Assembly (NCBI GenBank): GCA_017517925.1
Contig: JAFWXS010000047.1
Coordinates: 2,864-66,863, forward strand
Direction: 5' to 3'
From: Bacteroidaceae bacterium
GTDB lineage: Bacteria > Bacteroidota > Bacteroidia > Bacteroidales > Bacteroidaceae
DNA: 64,000 nucleotides
Below are positions 36,065-45,900 of the stretch, piece by piece; the first letter of the stretch is position 1; the number at the start of each line of letters is the position of its first letter. Under the pieces are notes generated by a model, which did no database searches, was not told where the DNA came from, and saw nothing but the letters and a program-made list of their open reading frames with translations. Both the position numbers and the translations under genes were made by a program.

Positions 36065-37186
36065 TTAGTTTCCCCTCTTCATCTTACGGATGGTGGCGGG
36101 AGTCTTCTTGTCTTTTTTCTCCGGTTTCTTCTCCTCGGTGAGTTCTCCGACTTTTTTGTCCAATGCCTCGCCATAGAGGTCAATAGCCTGTATGCGGCGT
36201 GAGGGGTTGAGCAAGAAGTTGGCAGGCAGATGATGCACCTGCATGCGCTCCACGATACCCGTCTGCCATCCGTCGAAGTCACATGCCTGACGCCAAGTGA
36301 CCGAGTCTTCGGCGATGGCCTGCAGCCAAGCTTCACGGTCGGTATCGAGCGATACGCTGAGGATGTCGAAGTTGTGCTTCTCGTATTTCTCTTTCAAGGC
36401 AATGAGCTCGCGCTGACGCCGACGGCTCTCTTCATCCCATGATGCCCAGAAGGTGATGAGCAGGTAGGTGTCCTTATAATCCGATGAACTCACGTTCTTC
36501 CCCTCGCTATCGCGCACGCTATAGCTGCTTACCGAGTTGTTCTTGGCCAAGGGCTTGTAGGTGCTGAGGGTACGCTGCAACTGCTTTATGTAGTTGTTGT
36601 CCTGCAGGTTGCCGCTCATGGAACCGATGAGGGTCTTTATCTTCGTATTCTCAGGTTTGGGCTGCTGTACAAAATACTCGCGCAGCAGATAGATGCTCAC
36701 CTCTGAGTAGGGATTGGCACGGATAAACGAGTCGGCCACAGCGGCAAGCTCCTTGGTATCGGTGATGCTGTCGGTACGATAATAGAATGCCTGCAGCAAG
36801 GCATTCTGCTCGCCGCCCGTGATGCGTATGTTTCCTGCAACTGCCGTATCGCCCTGCATAGTCACCGACAATCCCTTGTGGGCAAAGAGCATCTCACGGT
36901 GCATATTGGGGAAGAGCACCCACAGTGGGGTCACCGTGTCGACCTCAGCCGTGTAGTGGAACACGCCACCCTGAGCCATCACCGTATCGAGGCGTTCATA
37001 CAGTGCATCGGCACCATATATATAGATGGTATCGTGCGCGAGGCGGCCTATGTTGCCTTCGAGGACAAAAGTATTTGCCTTGTCATTGCACGAACAAAGA
37101 CAAAGCAAGAAAATCCATCCCCAACCCCTTCCTCTATGGAGGGGGGCAAGGAATGTAGCCCTCAGTCTCTGTGCAAACCTACACAT
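36065..37186 (-). CDS. DUF4369-type N-domain plus TlpA-like thioredoxin-fold lipoprotein
   Basis: 373 aa. The TlpA-like C-terminal half contains LITFWASWDEESRR. The n-region of the signal peptide is encoded by a CCCTCTATGGAGGGG repeat element. Confidence 0.75.
   Translation of the reverse strand: MCRFAQRLRATFLAPLHRGRGWGWIFLLCLCSCNDKANTFVLEGNIGRLAHDTIYIYGADALYERLDTVMAQGGVFHYTAEVDTVTPLWVLFPNMHREMLFAHKGLSVTMQGDTAVAGNIRITGGEQNALLQAFYYRTDSITDTKELAAVADSFIRANPYSEVSIYLLREYFVQQPKPENTKIKTLIGSMSGNLQDNNYIKQLQRTLSTYKPLAKNNSVSSYSVRDSEGKNVSSSDYKDTYLLITFWASWDEESRRRQRELIALKEKYEKHNFDILSVSLDTDREAWLQAIAEDSVTWRQACDFDGWQTGIVERMQVHHLPANFLLNPSRRIQAIDLYGEALDKKVGELTEEKKPEKKDKKTPATIRKMKRGN
37114..37146. repeat. CCCTC-TATG-GAGGG palindromic unit lying inside the 5' end of a CDS
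   Basis: atccatccccaaccccttcctctatggagggggg resembles 15717-15746. A further unit lies at 37218-37241. Confidence 0.6.
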
Positions 37187-37248
37187 ATTTTTATCTCCTA
37201 TTATCTAAACTCTGCTACTCCCCTCCATAGAAGAAGGGGAGGCTCCTT

Positions 37249-39048
37249 TTAGCTGCGATTGGCACGCTTGCGCTCTATCTCATCAAGGATGACCTTGCGC
37301 ATACGCATCGACTTGGGAGTAACCTCCACGTACTCATCTTCCTTGATATACTCAAGTGCCTCCTCCAACGAGAATACGATGGGCGGTACGATACGGGCCT
37401 TGTCGTCAGAGCCGCTGGCACGCATATTGGTGAGCTTCTTGCTCTTGGTCACGTTGATGACGAGGTCATTGTCGTGCACGTGCTCGCCCACTACCTGACC
37501 GGCGTATACCTCATCCTGTGGATTGATGAAGAACTTGCCGCGGTCCTGCAACTTGTCGATGGCATAGGCAAATGCCGTACCCGACTCCATGGCAATCATC
37601 GAGCCATTGGTACGGCGGTCGATGTCGCCCTTGTAGGGTTCATAGCCCTTGAAGCGGTGTGCCATGATGGCCTCACCGGCCGAAGCGGTGAGCACATTGG
37701 TGCGGAGGCCGATGATACCGCGCGAAGGAATATTGAAGGCAATGTTCACACGGTCACCCTGCGTCTCCATCGAGGTGAGCTCGCCCTTGCGGCGGGTCAC
37801 CATATCAATCATCTTGCTTGAGTACTCCTCGGGAACGCTGATGGTGAGTTCCTCGATGGGCTCACACTTCTGTCCGTCGATGGTCTTGTAGATTACCTGA
37901 GGCTGACCCACCTGCAGCTCGTAGCCCTCGCGACGCATGGTCTCGATGAGCACCGAGAGGTGCAGCACGCCACGGCCATAGACAATCCACTTGTCGCTGT
38001 CCTCCTCCTTCACCACACGCAGGGCAAGGTTCTTGTCGAGCTCCTTCATCAAACGGTCGTGGATGTGGCGTGAGGTGACGAACTTACCCTCCTTACCGAA
38101 GAAGGGCGAGTCGTTGATGGCAAAGAGCATACTCATCGTAGGCTCGTCGATAGCGATGGTGGGCATGGGCTCGGGGTTCTCGGCATCGCATACAGTGTCG
38201 CCAATCTCAAAGTTCTCCAAGCCCACGATAGCGCAGATGTCGCCCGAGCTTACCGACTCGGTGCGCTTGCGGCCCAGTCCCTCGAAGGTATGCAACTCCT
38301 TGATCTTAGCCTTCTCCATCTCGCCATTGCGATGAGCAAGAGTGATGGTCATGCCCTCGGTAAGTGTGCCACGATGTACGCGACCCACAGCGATACGTCC
38401 CGTGTAAGAGGAGAAGTCGAGCGAGGTGATGAGCATCTGCGGTGTACCCTCCAGACGCTCAGGACCGGGAATATGCTCAAGTATGACATCCAAGAGGTAG
38501 TTGATATTGTCGGTCGGAGTCTTCCAGTCGGCACCCATCCAGTTGTTCTTGGCCGAGCCGTATACCACGGGGAAGTCGAGCTGCTCTTCGGTAGCTTCAA
38601 GGGCAAACATCAGGTCGAACACCATCTCGTACACCTCCTCGGGGCGGCAGTTGGGTTTGTCCACTTTGTTGACCACCACGACGGGCTTGAGACCTATCTG
38701 CAACGCCTTCTGCAACACGAAGCGTGTCTGCGGCATGGGACCCTCGAAGGCGTCGACCAGCAAGATACATCCGTCGGCCATATTGAGCACGCGCTCTACC
38801 TCGCCACCGAAGTCCGAGTGGCCCGGGGTGTCGATGATATTGATCTTCGTACCCTTGTAGTTGATGGACACGTTCTTGGAGAGGATGGTTATTCCTCGTT
38901 CGCGCTCCAGGTCATTGTTGTCGAGTACCAACTCCCCACCGTTCTGGTTCTCACGAAACAGGTTCCCGGCGAGCATCATCTTGTCTACCAGCGTAGTCTT
39001 TCCGTGGTCTACGTGCGCAATAATGGCAATGTTTCTGATGTCCTGCAT
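37249..39048 (-). CDS. typA: Translational GTPase TypA/BipA
   Basis: 599 aa. It has the [20 protein letters not shown]1 motif and an EF-G-like layout. Confidence 0.96.
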   Translation of the reverse strand: MQDIRNIAIIAHVDHGKTTLVDKMMLAGNLFRENQNGGELVLDNNDLERERGITILSKNVSINYKGTKINIIDTPGHSDFGGEVERVLNMADGCILLVDAFEGPMPQTRFVLQKALQIGLKPVVVVNKVDKPNCRPEEVYEMVFDLMFALEATEEQLDFPVVYGSAKNNWMGADWKTPTDNINYLLDVILEHIPGPERLEGTPQMLITSLDFSSYTGRIAVGRVHRGTLTEGMTITLAHRNGEMEKAKIKELHTFEGLGRKRTESVSSGDICAIVGLENFEIGDTVCDAENPEPMPTIAIDEPTMSMLFAINDSPFFGKEGKFVTSRHIHDRLMKELDKNLALRVVKEEDSDKWIVYGRGVLHLSVLIETMRREGYELQVGQPQVIYKTIDGQKCEPIEELTISVPEEYSSKMIDMVTRRKGELTSMETQGDRVNIAFNIPSRGIIGLRTNVLTASAGEAIMAHRFKGYEPYKGDIDRRTNGSMIAMESGTAFAYAIDKLQDRGKFFINPQDEVYAGQVVGEHVHDNDLVINVTKSKKLTNMRASGSDDKARIVPPIVFSLEEALEYIKEDEYVEVTPKSMRMRKVILDEIERKRANRS

Positions 39049-39137
39049 ATGTAGTATACTAAATATTCTGCAAAATTAGTGCAAGGCGAGCGGATATGCA
39101 AAAAAATCCCTAACTTTGGCAGTCAAATACATACACT

Positions 39138-39473
39138 ATGAACAACGACATCACCCTAAGCGACGCGCAGCGCCAGGCCGACGAATGGATTAAGACCTAC
39201 GGCGTACGCTACTTCAACGAACTCACCAACATGGCCATCCTCACCGAGGAGGTAGGTGAGCTGGCCCGTGTCATGGCCCGCACCTACGGCGAACAGTCCT
39301 TCAAGGAGGGCGAAACACCTAACCTTGCCGAGGAGATGGCCGACGTGCTGTGGGTGCTCGTCTGCATAGCCAACCAAACGGGCGTAGACCTCACCGAGGC
39401 TTGGCGACAGACCATCGAGAAGAAGACCGCACGTGATAACATGCGGCACAAGAACAACGAGAAGCTGAGGTGA
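39138..39473 (+). CDS. MazG-like nucleotide pyrophosphohydrolase
   Basis: 111 aa with EEVGELARV and EEMADVLWVL, the EExxE/D motifs of the all-alpha NTP-PPase fold. Confidence 0.85.
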   Translation: MNNDITLSDAQRQADEWIKTYGVRYFNELTNMAILTEEVGELARVMARTYGEQSFKEGETPNLAEEMADVLWVLVCIANQTGVDLTEAWRQTIEKKTARDNMRHKNNEKLR

Positions 39474-39772
39474 CTTTGCTTGGAATAACTTTCTTTTTCT
39501 TCTTGGCGCACTTTATCCAATAATTTAGGAAGGCTCCAGCGAGGATTTCGCAGTAATGAAGGAGGTTTTTCTCTCCATCCAAATCAAATGTCTTCGTTAT
39601 AATCTTCGTACACGCTGAGAGTGTTTACTTTGTCCTTTGAGAAACGAATATCTCGGAGCGTTTGCATTGTGTTTGAACAAAAATCAAGTGCATTTCTTGT
39701 ATTTTTAAATCACTAATTTTAGCTTGCTGCGCAATCTGAAGATAGGCTGCGCCTCAGAAATGCTCAAATAAA

Positions 39773-39804
39773 TTTGGCAGTTCGTTCGGCTTGCACTATC
39801 TTTG
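39773..39804 (+). promoter_or_regulatory. Candidate promoter (-33 TTTG, 20-nt spacer, -7 TATCTTTG) about 470 nt upstream of the lipoprotein pair
   Basis: TTTG lies at 39773-39776 and TATCTTTG at 39797-39804. The hairpin CCGAGG-GGAGAAAT-CCTCGG follows at 39811-39830. Confidence 0.4.
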
Positions 39805-40281
39805 CAGCATCCGAGGGGAGAAATCCTCGGTTCAAGAATGCGTTTCTTGCTTTATCCTTTTTATCGAAATCTGGAAAATTTCAAACAACAGAGGGATGGA
39901 GACAATGCAACGCTCATTCTGTTTGTATATCCCATGTACAGCCCCTGCTGTACCCTACGAGGTATATACGACAGCGTGGGGTATTTGTTTCTCAGTTCAT
40001 TTCTGTTGTAGGTTTTCCAGAGCCTGATAAAAGATGAGCGCGACAAGTCTCTACGCTTTTCTTGCATCTGTTAATCAAGCACAAAATTTATTAACGCTGA
40101 TTTCGGGAGACTTATAAGCAATAAAGAGGGGTAAATCTCTAATAAGTCCTACGATTATGATGTACGCGAACTTTTTCCTTCGCGTCACATATTCCTCTAT
40201 GCATTGTAGCATGCCAGCACATCTTATCAATTAATACATAACATCTACTACTTAATTACTAACCATTTAATTTTATTTATT

Positions 40282-40941
40282 ATGAAAAAAGCTTTTTTAC
40301 TGACAATCGCTTTGGTTCTATCGCTATCTTGCTCAGCTCAGTTACTCGGCAAAGTAAAAACAATTAATGTTGTGCCTGACAAGGCAAAAATTATTATGGG
40401 CGGTGCTGAGGTAGGTCAGGGCTCGTATAGTCTGAATATGGGTCGTCAGGACTATGTTATGCTACGATTAACTTGCCCGGGCTATGTGGACCGTGTTGTG
40501 CGTGTCTATCGCAATGATAAGCGTAATGCGATAAGTTTTACGCTCGAAGAGGATGAGTCATTCTCTGCATCTGAGGCAAATTCCGACTTGGCAAATAAGT
40601 ATATGACCGTAACTGTTCGTGAGGGTCTAACATCAGATGTTGTATGGAAACGTCTTATCCTTACTATTTCGGATCTCTTTCCCAACCTCGAAGTTAACGA
40701 CAAAGAGGCTGGCTGGATTCGCAGTGCATGGGAGGTTGAGCGTTTTGCCTATGTGACGGTAAGAACACGCATAGAAATTAAGGAGGTCATGGGATTTGAC
40801 ACCCCGCGTTACAGAGTACGTTTGCAGTCCGAGATAGCAAGTAACGAGTGCGGTACACATGACGAGTGTTACAAAGCATGGGACAGAGTGCTCAAAACAT
40901 ACATCGAGAGTATAACCGACTTGATTAGTTCTATACAATAA
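40282..40941 (+). CDS. Hypothetical lipoprotein (PEGA-like N-terminal region)
   Basis: 219 aa with the lipoprotein signal MKKAFLLTIALVLSLSC. The gene is AT-rich. Confidence 0.7.
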   Translation: MKKAFLLTIALVLSLSCSAQLLGKVKTINVVPDKAKIIMGGAEVGQGSYSLNMGRQDYVMLRLTCPGYVDRVVRVYRNDKRNAISFTLEEDESFSASEANSDLANKYMTVTVREGLTSDVVWKRLILTISDLFPNLEVNDKEAGWIRSAWEVERFAYVTVRTRIEIKEVMGFDTPRYRVRLQSEIASNECGTHDECYKAWDRVLKTYIESITDLISSIQ

Positions 40942-40958
40942 CTTAACAACAACTTATT

Positions 40959-41489
40959 ATGAAGAAAATACTGTTATTTTCAGTCCTTATTTTTTGTTCG
41001 CTGGTATGTAACGCACAAAAGAAAAAATCATTTTACTATGATGGTATAGAGATACATAACGTAAAGGGTTGGACTATCGCTCCCTCAAAAGATGCGAACG
41101 TTACGACAATAACCGCTGTGTTGCTCCCTTCTCAGTTACAGATTACTAAACAGGGTTTGCCGCAAAATTTCAATGCGGAGAGGTATCTCGAGAAAACGAT
41201 AGAGCAACTAATGGAGATGAGTGTAATGGCGGGGCGTAAAGAACCCAAGATTAAATCGGTTGGCGATGTCTCGGATGGATACATTAATAGCATTCCTGCC
41301 AAGTATGTCGATATTACATACAGTAAGGATATTGTTAAGCGCATATACACTTTCTCAATGCACGACCAATTGTTTATAGTGCAGTGGACGGGAAAAGGTA
41401 AAATAAATAAGGTTTCCAAGGTATTCGATAAAATACTATCGACCTTTACTTATAATCCCGAAAGAAGCCCATACGGCTCGCTTATGTAA
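40959..41489 (+). CDS. Hypothetical secreted protein
   Basis: 176 aa with the signal peptide MKKILLFSVLIFCSLVCNAQ. The gene is AT-rich. Confidence 0.7.
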   Translation: MKKILLFSVLIFCSLVCNAQKKKSFYYDGIEIHNVKGWTIAPSKDANVTTITAVLLPSQLQITKQGLPQNFNAERYLEKTIEQLMEMSVMAGRKEPKIKSVGDVSDGYINSIPAKYVDITYSKDIVKRIYTFSMHDQLFIVQWTGKGKINKVSKVFDKILSTFTYNPERSPYGSLM

Positions 41490-41519
41490 GAAACGGGATC
41501 TATTGGTAAAAAAACAGAA

Positions 41520-41553
41520 TAGGGCGTGTCGCAGTGACACGCCCTAATTTTTC
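41520..41553. terminator. Bidirectional terminator between convergent genes
   Basis: TAGGGCGTGTC-GCAGT-GACACGCCCTA is flanked by an A-run upstream and a T-run downstream. Confidence 0.7.
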
Positions 41554-41573
41554 TATGCATTCATCAGGTGCTT

Positions 41574-43067
41574 TTATGCCAGTTCGCTCCAGTTGGTGAG
41601 GCGCATATCGCCCTTCTCCATGAGTGCCTGGTGCATGCCGAAGGCGGCACGCAGGTTGTGGCAGGTGTGTCCCTTGGTGGAGTGGTGCAGGTAGTCCCAC
41701 AAGAGCTGGCGGTAGTCGGGGTGTGCGCAGTTCTCGATGATGGCCTTGGCACGCTCCATGGGGCTCTTGCCGCGGAGGTCGGCGATACCCTGTTCGGTGA
41801 TGAGGATGTTGACGCTATGCTCGTTGTGGTCGACATGTGACACCATGGGCACGATGGCGCTGATGGCACCGTTCTTGGCTGTTGAGGGGCATGAGAAGAT
41901 AGAGATGTAGGCGTTGCGGGTGAAGTCGCCCGAGCCTCCGATACCGTTCATCATCTTCGTGCCACATACGTGGGTAGAGTTCACATTGCCATAGATGTCG
42001 GCCTCGAGGGCGGTGTTCATCGAGATGAGACCTATGCGGCGTGCCACAGCGGGGTGGTTGGAGATTTCCGAGGGACGCAGGATGAGCTTGTCCTTGAAGA
42101 AGTTGATGTCCTCGTAGATGCTCTTGAGACCCTCGTTGCTCACGCTGAGCGAACAAGTACTGCCAAACTTACAACGGCCCGAGCGGATGAGGTCGATGAC
42201 GGAGTCTTGGATGACCTCGGTATACATCTCGAAGGCGGGCACGGTGGGGTCGGCACCGAGGGCACCGAGCACGGCATTGGCCACGTTGCCCACACCACTC
42301 TGCAAGGGAAGGAAGCTGGGAGGGATGATGCCACGCTTAAGGTCGCTGATGAGGAACTGTGCCACGTTGTGACCTATCTGCTGTGTGATGGGGTCGGGGT
42401 CGGTGAAGGGGCGTGCCTCGTCGGGGAGGTTGACCTCGACGACACCCACGATCTTGGCGGGGTCTACCTGGATGTAGGGCGCACCGATGCGGTCGCTGGG
42501 ACGGTATACGGGAATCTCGCGGCGCAGAGGTTGGTCGAGGGGTTCGTAGATGTCGTGCAAGCCCTTGGGCGCAGTGCCGTAGGCGCTGTTGAGCTCGATG
42601 ATAATCTTGTCGGCCATGCGAGCCACGGTAGGGGCGATACCCACACCGGCAGTGAGGTATATCTTACCGCAAGGAGTTACCTCGCAAGCCTCGAGGATGG
42701 CCACGTCGACCTTGCCCAGGAAGCCATAGCGCAGGTCCTGCGCCATCTGTGAGAGGTGTATGTCGTTATAGGCAATCTCGCCTGCATTGACCGCCTTGCG
42801 GAAGTCGGCATTCGTAGTATAGGGAGCACGGTAGCGCAATGCCTTGGCTCGGGTGAGCGCACCGTCACACGAGTCGCCAGTGGAAGCACCAGTGAACAGA
42901 CCTATCTGGAAAGGGCGACCTGCCGCATGCTCGGCCTCGGCCAAGCGTGCAATCTCTGCTGTTACAGTCTTGGGGGTACCGGCTGGAGTGAAACCACCCA
43001 AACCTACATTATATCCATGCTTTACATAGCTCGCAGCTTCGGCTGCAGTAATAATTCTGAAACTCAT
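41574..43067 (-). CDS. Acetyl-CoA hydrolase/transferase-family enzyme (succinate/propionate CoA-transferase-like)
   Basis: The internal ATG at 43067 gives MSFRIITAAEAASYVKHGYNVGLGGFT, which is typical of this family. Confidence 0.88.
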   Translation of the reverse strand: MSFRIITAAEAASYVKHGYNVGLGGFTPAGTPKTVTAEIARLAEAEHAAGRPFQIGLFTGASTGDSCDGALTRAKALRYRAPYTTNADFRKAVNAGEIAYNDIHLSQMAQDLRYGFLGKVDVAILEACEVTPCGKIYLTAGVGIAPTVARMADKIIIELNSAYGTAPKGLHDIYEPLDQPLRREIPVYRPSDRIGAPYIQVDPAKIVGVVEVNLPDEARPFTDPDPITQQIGHNVAQFLISDLKRGIIPPSFLPLQSGVGNVANAVLGALGADPTVPAFEMYTEVIQDSVIDLIRSGRCKFGSTCSLSVSNEGLKSIYEDINFFKDKLILRPSEISNHPAVARRIGLISMNTALEADIYGNVNSTHVCGTKMMNGIGGSGDFTRNAYISIFSCPSTAKNGAISAIVPMVSHVDHNEHSVNILITEQGIADLRGKSPMERAKAIIENCAHPDYRQLLWDYLHHSTKGHTCHNLRAAFGMHQALMEKGDMRLTNWSELA

Positions 43068-43202
43068 AGCTTTTGCTATTTTTTGATTTCTTTCTGTTAA
43101 CTTATAATTTGCGGGCAAAATTAGCACATGACAAGAGAAAAAGCAAATTTATCGTGACTTCTTTGTATCTTTGCATTTAAAGAACAATCAACTTGGGACC
43201 AA

Positions 43203-44141
43203 ATGAGAGGTATTACAGAACATCTTATTGAGGAAGAAGCTTTACGTTTGGGTTTTTCGGCCTGCGGCTTTGCCAAGGCCGAGTCGGTGGGCGAGGATAT
43301 GGCCTGCGTGCTCGACCGCTGGACGGCCAATGGCTATCATGCCGACATGGGCTATATGGAGCGTAACCGCCACCTGCGACTCGACCCCACACAATTGCTC
43401 CCCGGGTGCCGTACGCTCATCGTTGTGGCGCTCAACTATTATCCCAAGCAGTTGCTCCCGAGAGAGAACTACCAGATTGCCTATTACGCCTATGGGAAGG
43501 ACTATCACCGTGTGGTGAAAGACAAGCTGTACCAATTGCTGGCCTATATAAAGACCATTGTGCCCGATGTCGACGGACGTGCCTTCTGCGATACAGCACC
43601 CCTGCTCGAACGCTACTGGGCGGTGAAGGCGGGGTTGGGATTCATCGGTCTCAACCACCAGCTCATCATCCCTGGCAAGGGCAGCTATTTCTTCTTGGGG
43701 GTGTTGGCTGTAGATGTTGCGCTGCAGGCAGATTCTCATGCAAGATCACTTTCTTGTGGCAACTGCAAGCGTTGTCTTATCGCCTGTCCTACAAAAGCAC
43801 TTACGGCGGAGGGTATCGACTGCCGCCGATGTCTCTCGTACCTTACCATCGAACATCGTGGCCCGATACCCGATGAAATGGCACAAAAACTTGGTCGACG
43901 CATCTATGGGTGCGACACCTGCCAGCAGGTGTGTCCGCACAACAGGTATGCTCAACCGACTGAGGAAAGCACTTTCGAGATGTCGCCCGAGGTGGCCGCA
44001 ATGACGCCCGAGGACTGGCACGCGCTCACTCCCGAACACTACAAGGTGCTATTCAAGCATAGCGCCATGGAACGTGCTGGCTATGAGGGGCTGATGCGAA
44101 ATGTCTCTTTAATGGACAACGGACAACAGACAACGGACTAA
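43203..44141 (+). CDS. queG: tRNA epoxyqueuosine(34) reductase
   Basis: 312 aa with two 4Fe-4S motifs (CGNCKRCLIACP and CDTCQQVCPHN) and a QueG layout. Confidence 0.9.
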   Translation: MRGITEHLIEEEALRLGFSACGFAKAESVGEDMACVLDRWTANGYHADMGYMERNRHLRLDPTQLLPGCRTLIVVALNYYPKQLLPRENYQIAYYAYGKDYHRVVKDKLYQLLAYIKTIVPDVDGRAFCDTAPLLERYWAVKAGLGFIGLNHQLIIPGKGSYFFLGVLAVDVALQADSHARSLSCGNCKRCLIACPTKALTAEGIDCRRCLSYLTIEHRGPIPDEMAQKLGRRIYGCDTCQQVCPHNRYAQPTEESTFEMSPEVAAMTPEDWHALTPEHYKVLFKHSAMERAGYEGLMRNVSLMDNGQQTTD

Positions 44142-44191
44142 GGTCACTTCCCTGATGAAAGTACGCCGTCCGTTGTCCGTTGTCTGTTGTC
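44114..44191. repeat. Word-repeat hairpin (GGACAAC heptamers / GTTGTCC complement)
   Basis: The left arm at 44114-44138 lies inside the last codons of queG (MDNGQQTTD). The right arm lies at 44168-44191. Confidence 0.75.
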
Positions 44192-45246
44192 TATTGTCCT
44201 AAAAAAGACCATAAGTTCAAGTCGTACGCCTGCTCCTCGCGTCGCAGGGGGTAATTGCCGCGCAGGAACTCGAATTGTGAGGGAGCATCTTTCAAAGCCT
44301 TGCTATCGGTGTGTGGGTTGTAGATGCTGAGCAATGCCTCTGCCCGGCTCTTGGCATGGATTGTAGTCTCAGACGGTAGGGGAGGCTCAATGCTGGGGAC
44401 ATCGCCCAATCCGAAGTGGCGGGACAAGGCCTCCAACGACATGCGTGTGGCGTTGGCCTTGCCGTCGGCAGAATAGCCGGCGATGTGTGGAGTACCAATG
44501 TAGCAGCGATTGAGCAGATTGAGGTTGATGTGTGGCTCGTGTTCCCAGACGTCGATAATGCTCCCGGCAATCTTACCACTTTCAAGAGCGTGCAGAAGGG
44601 CTGCGGTATCTGTGGTTTCTCCACGTGATGTGTTGATGAAGTAGGGCTTTCGCTGCAGGGAGTTGAAGAAAGTCTCATCGGCTAAATGGAAGGTAGGGTA
44701 GGGCCCCTCCTTGGTGAGCGGTGTATGCAGGGTGATGATATCGGCTTCGCGGGCTATCGTTTCCAAGGAGACGAACCCCTTTTCACCTCGTTCGGCCCGT
44801 AGGGGGTCACAGCAGAGTACACGCATGTTCCATGAGCGGGCCATCTCTACCACTAATGTGCCTACATGGCCTACTCCCACCACACCCAATGTCGCTTCTG
44901 GGAGCTTGACCCCCTGCTCACATTGCAGGAGCAGCAGGACCGACTGCACATATTGGCGTACCGAGGCGGCATTGCAGCCCGGTGCATTGGTCCAACAGAT
45001 ACCATGTGCAGCACAGTAGCCGGTGTCGATATGGTCATAGCCGATGGTGGCAGTGGCAATGAACTGTACACGGCTACCATCGAGCAGCGCTGCATCACAA
45101 CGGGTGCGGGTGCGCACGATGAGTGCGTCGGCATCGCGCACCGCCTCAGGAGAAATCGTGCTGCCGGGGAGATAGACAGCCTCTACGCCCATCGCACTCA
45201 AGGCTTCGCGGATATAGGGTATCTTGTCATCTACTATAACTTTCAT
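44191..45246 (-). CDS. pdxB: 4-phosphoerythronate dehydrogenase
   Basis: 351 aa. The N-terminus MKVIVDDKIPYIREAL and the D-2-hydroxyacid dehydrogenase core are typical of PdxB. Confidence 0.85.
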   Translation of the reverse strand: MKVIVDDKIPYIREALSAMGVEAVYLPGSTISPEAVRDADALIVRTRTRCDAALLDGSRVQFIATATIGYDHIDTGYCAAHGICWTNAPGCNAASVRQYVQSVLLLLQCEQGVKLPEATLGVVGVGHVGTLVVEMARSWNMRVLCCDPLRAERGEKGFVSLETIAREADIITLHTPLTKEGPYPTFHLADETFFNSLQRKPYFINTSRGETTDTAALLHALESGKIAGSIIDVWEHEPHINLNLLNRCYIGTPHIAGYSADGKANATRMSLEALSRHFGLGDVPSIEPPLPSETTIHAKSRAEALLSIYNPHTDSKALKDAPSQFEFLRGNYPLRREEQAYDLNLWSFLGQ

Positions 45247-45259
45247 GATAATTCACTTT

Positions 45260-45889
45260 TTATTTGTTTCCGTTCAGTATGATGATGCTCTCAGGCCCCA
45301 TATTGAACAGCAGGTCTGCGATACTCAGGTTGGGGATGAAGCCGTGCTTCTCCTTGAATACCTGATAATACTCCATAGGACGGAATTCCTTGTCCTCTTC
45401 CCACGAGGTTTTTGGGGTAATCAGTGAACGGAAATCGGCCATTCCATCGGGATTATTCTGATATTCATCGGTAGGTTTCAGTAGGGCATCCAATCCGATG
45501 AGGCCGCATATCAGCTGTGTCAATTGCATGTTGAAATCGTAGAGAAAGGGAATCTTCCTCTCATAGAAGGGACGGAAGTCATCCTCATAGTATTGGAAGA
45601 AGGGCGTATGGCGATAGGCGGCTTCGAGGGCGTTCCAATGTCGGTGGCGCCAGTTGCCGTGGTCGCTGATGCGGATGTCGCGCATCAGGCACTTCCCCTC
45701 GGCCGTCTTCTCAGTGGGAATGGTGAGTGCCAACGGACCGTTAGCATCGGCAATGACGCATCGGTTACGATAGGTCTGCTTGGTGTAGTTGTCCCATGCC
45801 TCAATGTATGCGGTGCCCGATCCGCATTGCGGCAGTTTGGTATAGTATTGTATAGGGGCCAGATAGGCCGATGAGAGTAATACGTTCAT
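45260..45889 (-). CDS. WbqC-family protein
   Basis: The internal ATG at 45889 gives MNVLLSSAYLAPIQYY, which is typical of WbqC-like proteins. Confidence 0.75.
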   Translation of the reverse strand: MNVLLSSAYLAPIQYYTKLPQCGSGTAYIEAWDNYTKQTYRNRCVIADANGPLALTIPTEKTAEGKCLMRDIRISDHGNWRHRHWNALEAAYRHTPFFQYYEDDFRPFYERKIPFLYDFNMQLTQLICGLIGLDALLKPTDEYQNNPDGMADFRSLITPKTSWEEDKEFRPMEYYQVFKEKHGFIPNLSIADLLFNMGPESIIILNGNK

Positions 45890-45900
45890 AGTTATCCGTA

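Noticed and set aside
39774-40067. Three overlapping plus-strand ORFs (87, 78 and 69 aa) and one minus-strand ORF (68 aa) in the mazG-lipoprotein intergenic region
   Set aside because: They occupy all three frames over the same DNA, lack ATG starts in good context, and have implausible Cys/Arg/Phe-rich composition. I treated the region as noncoding leader.
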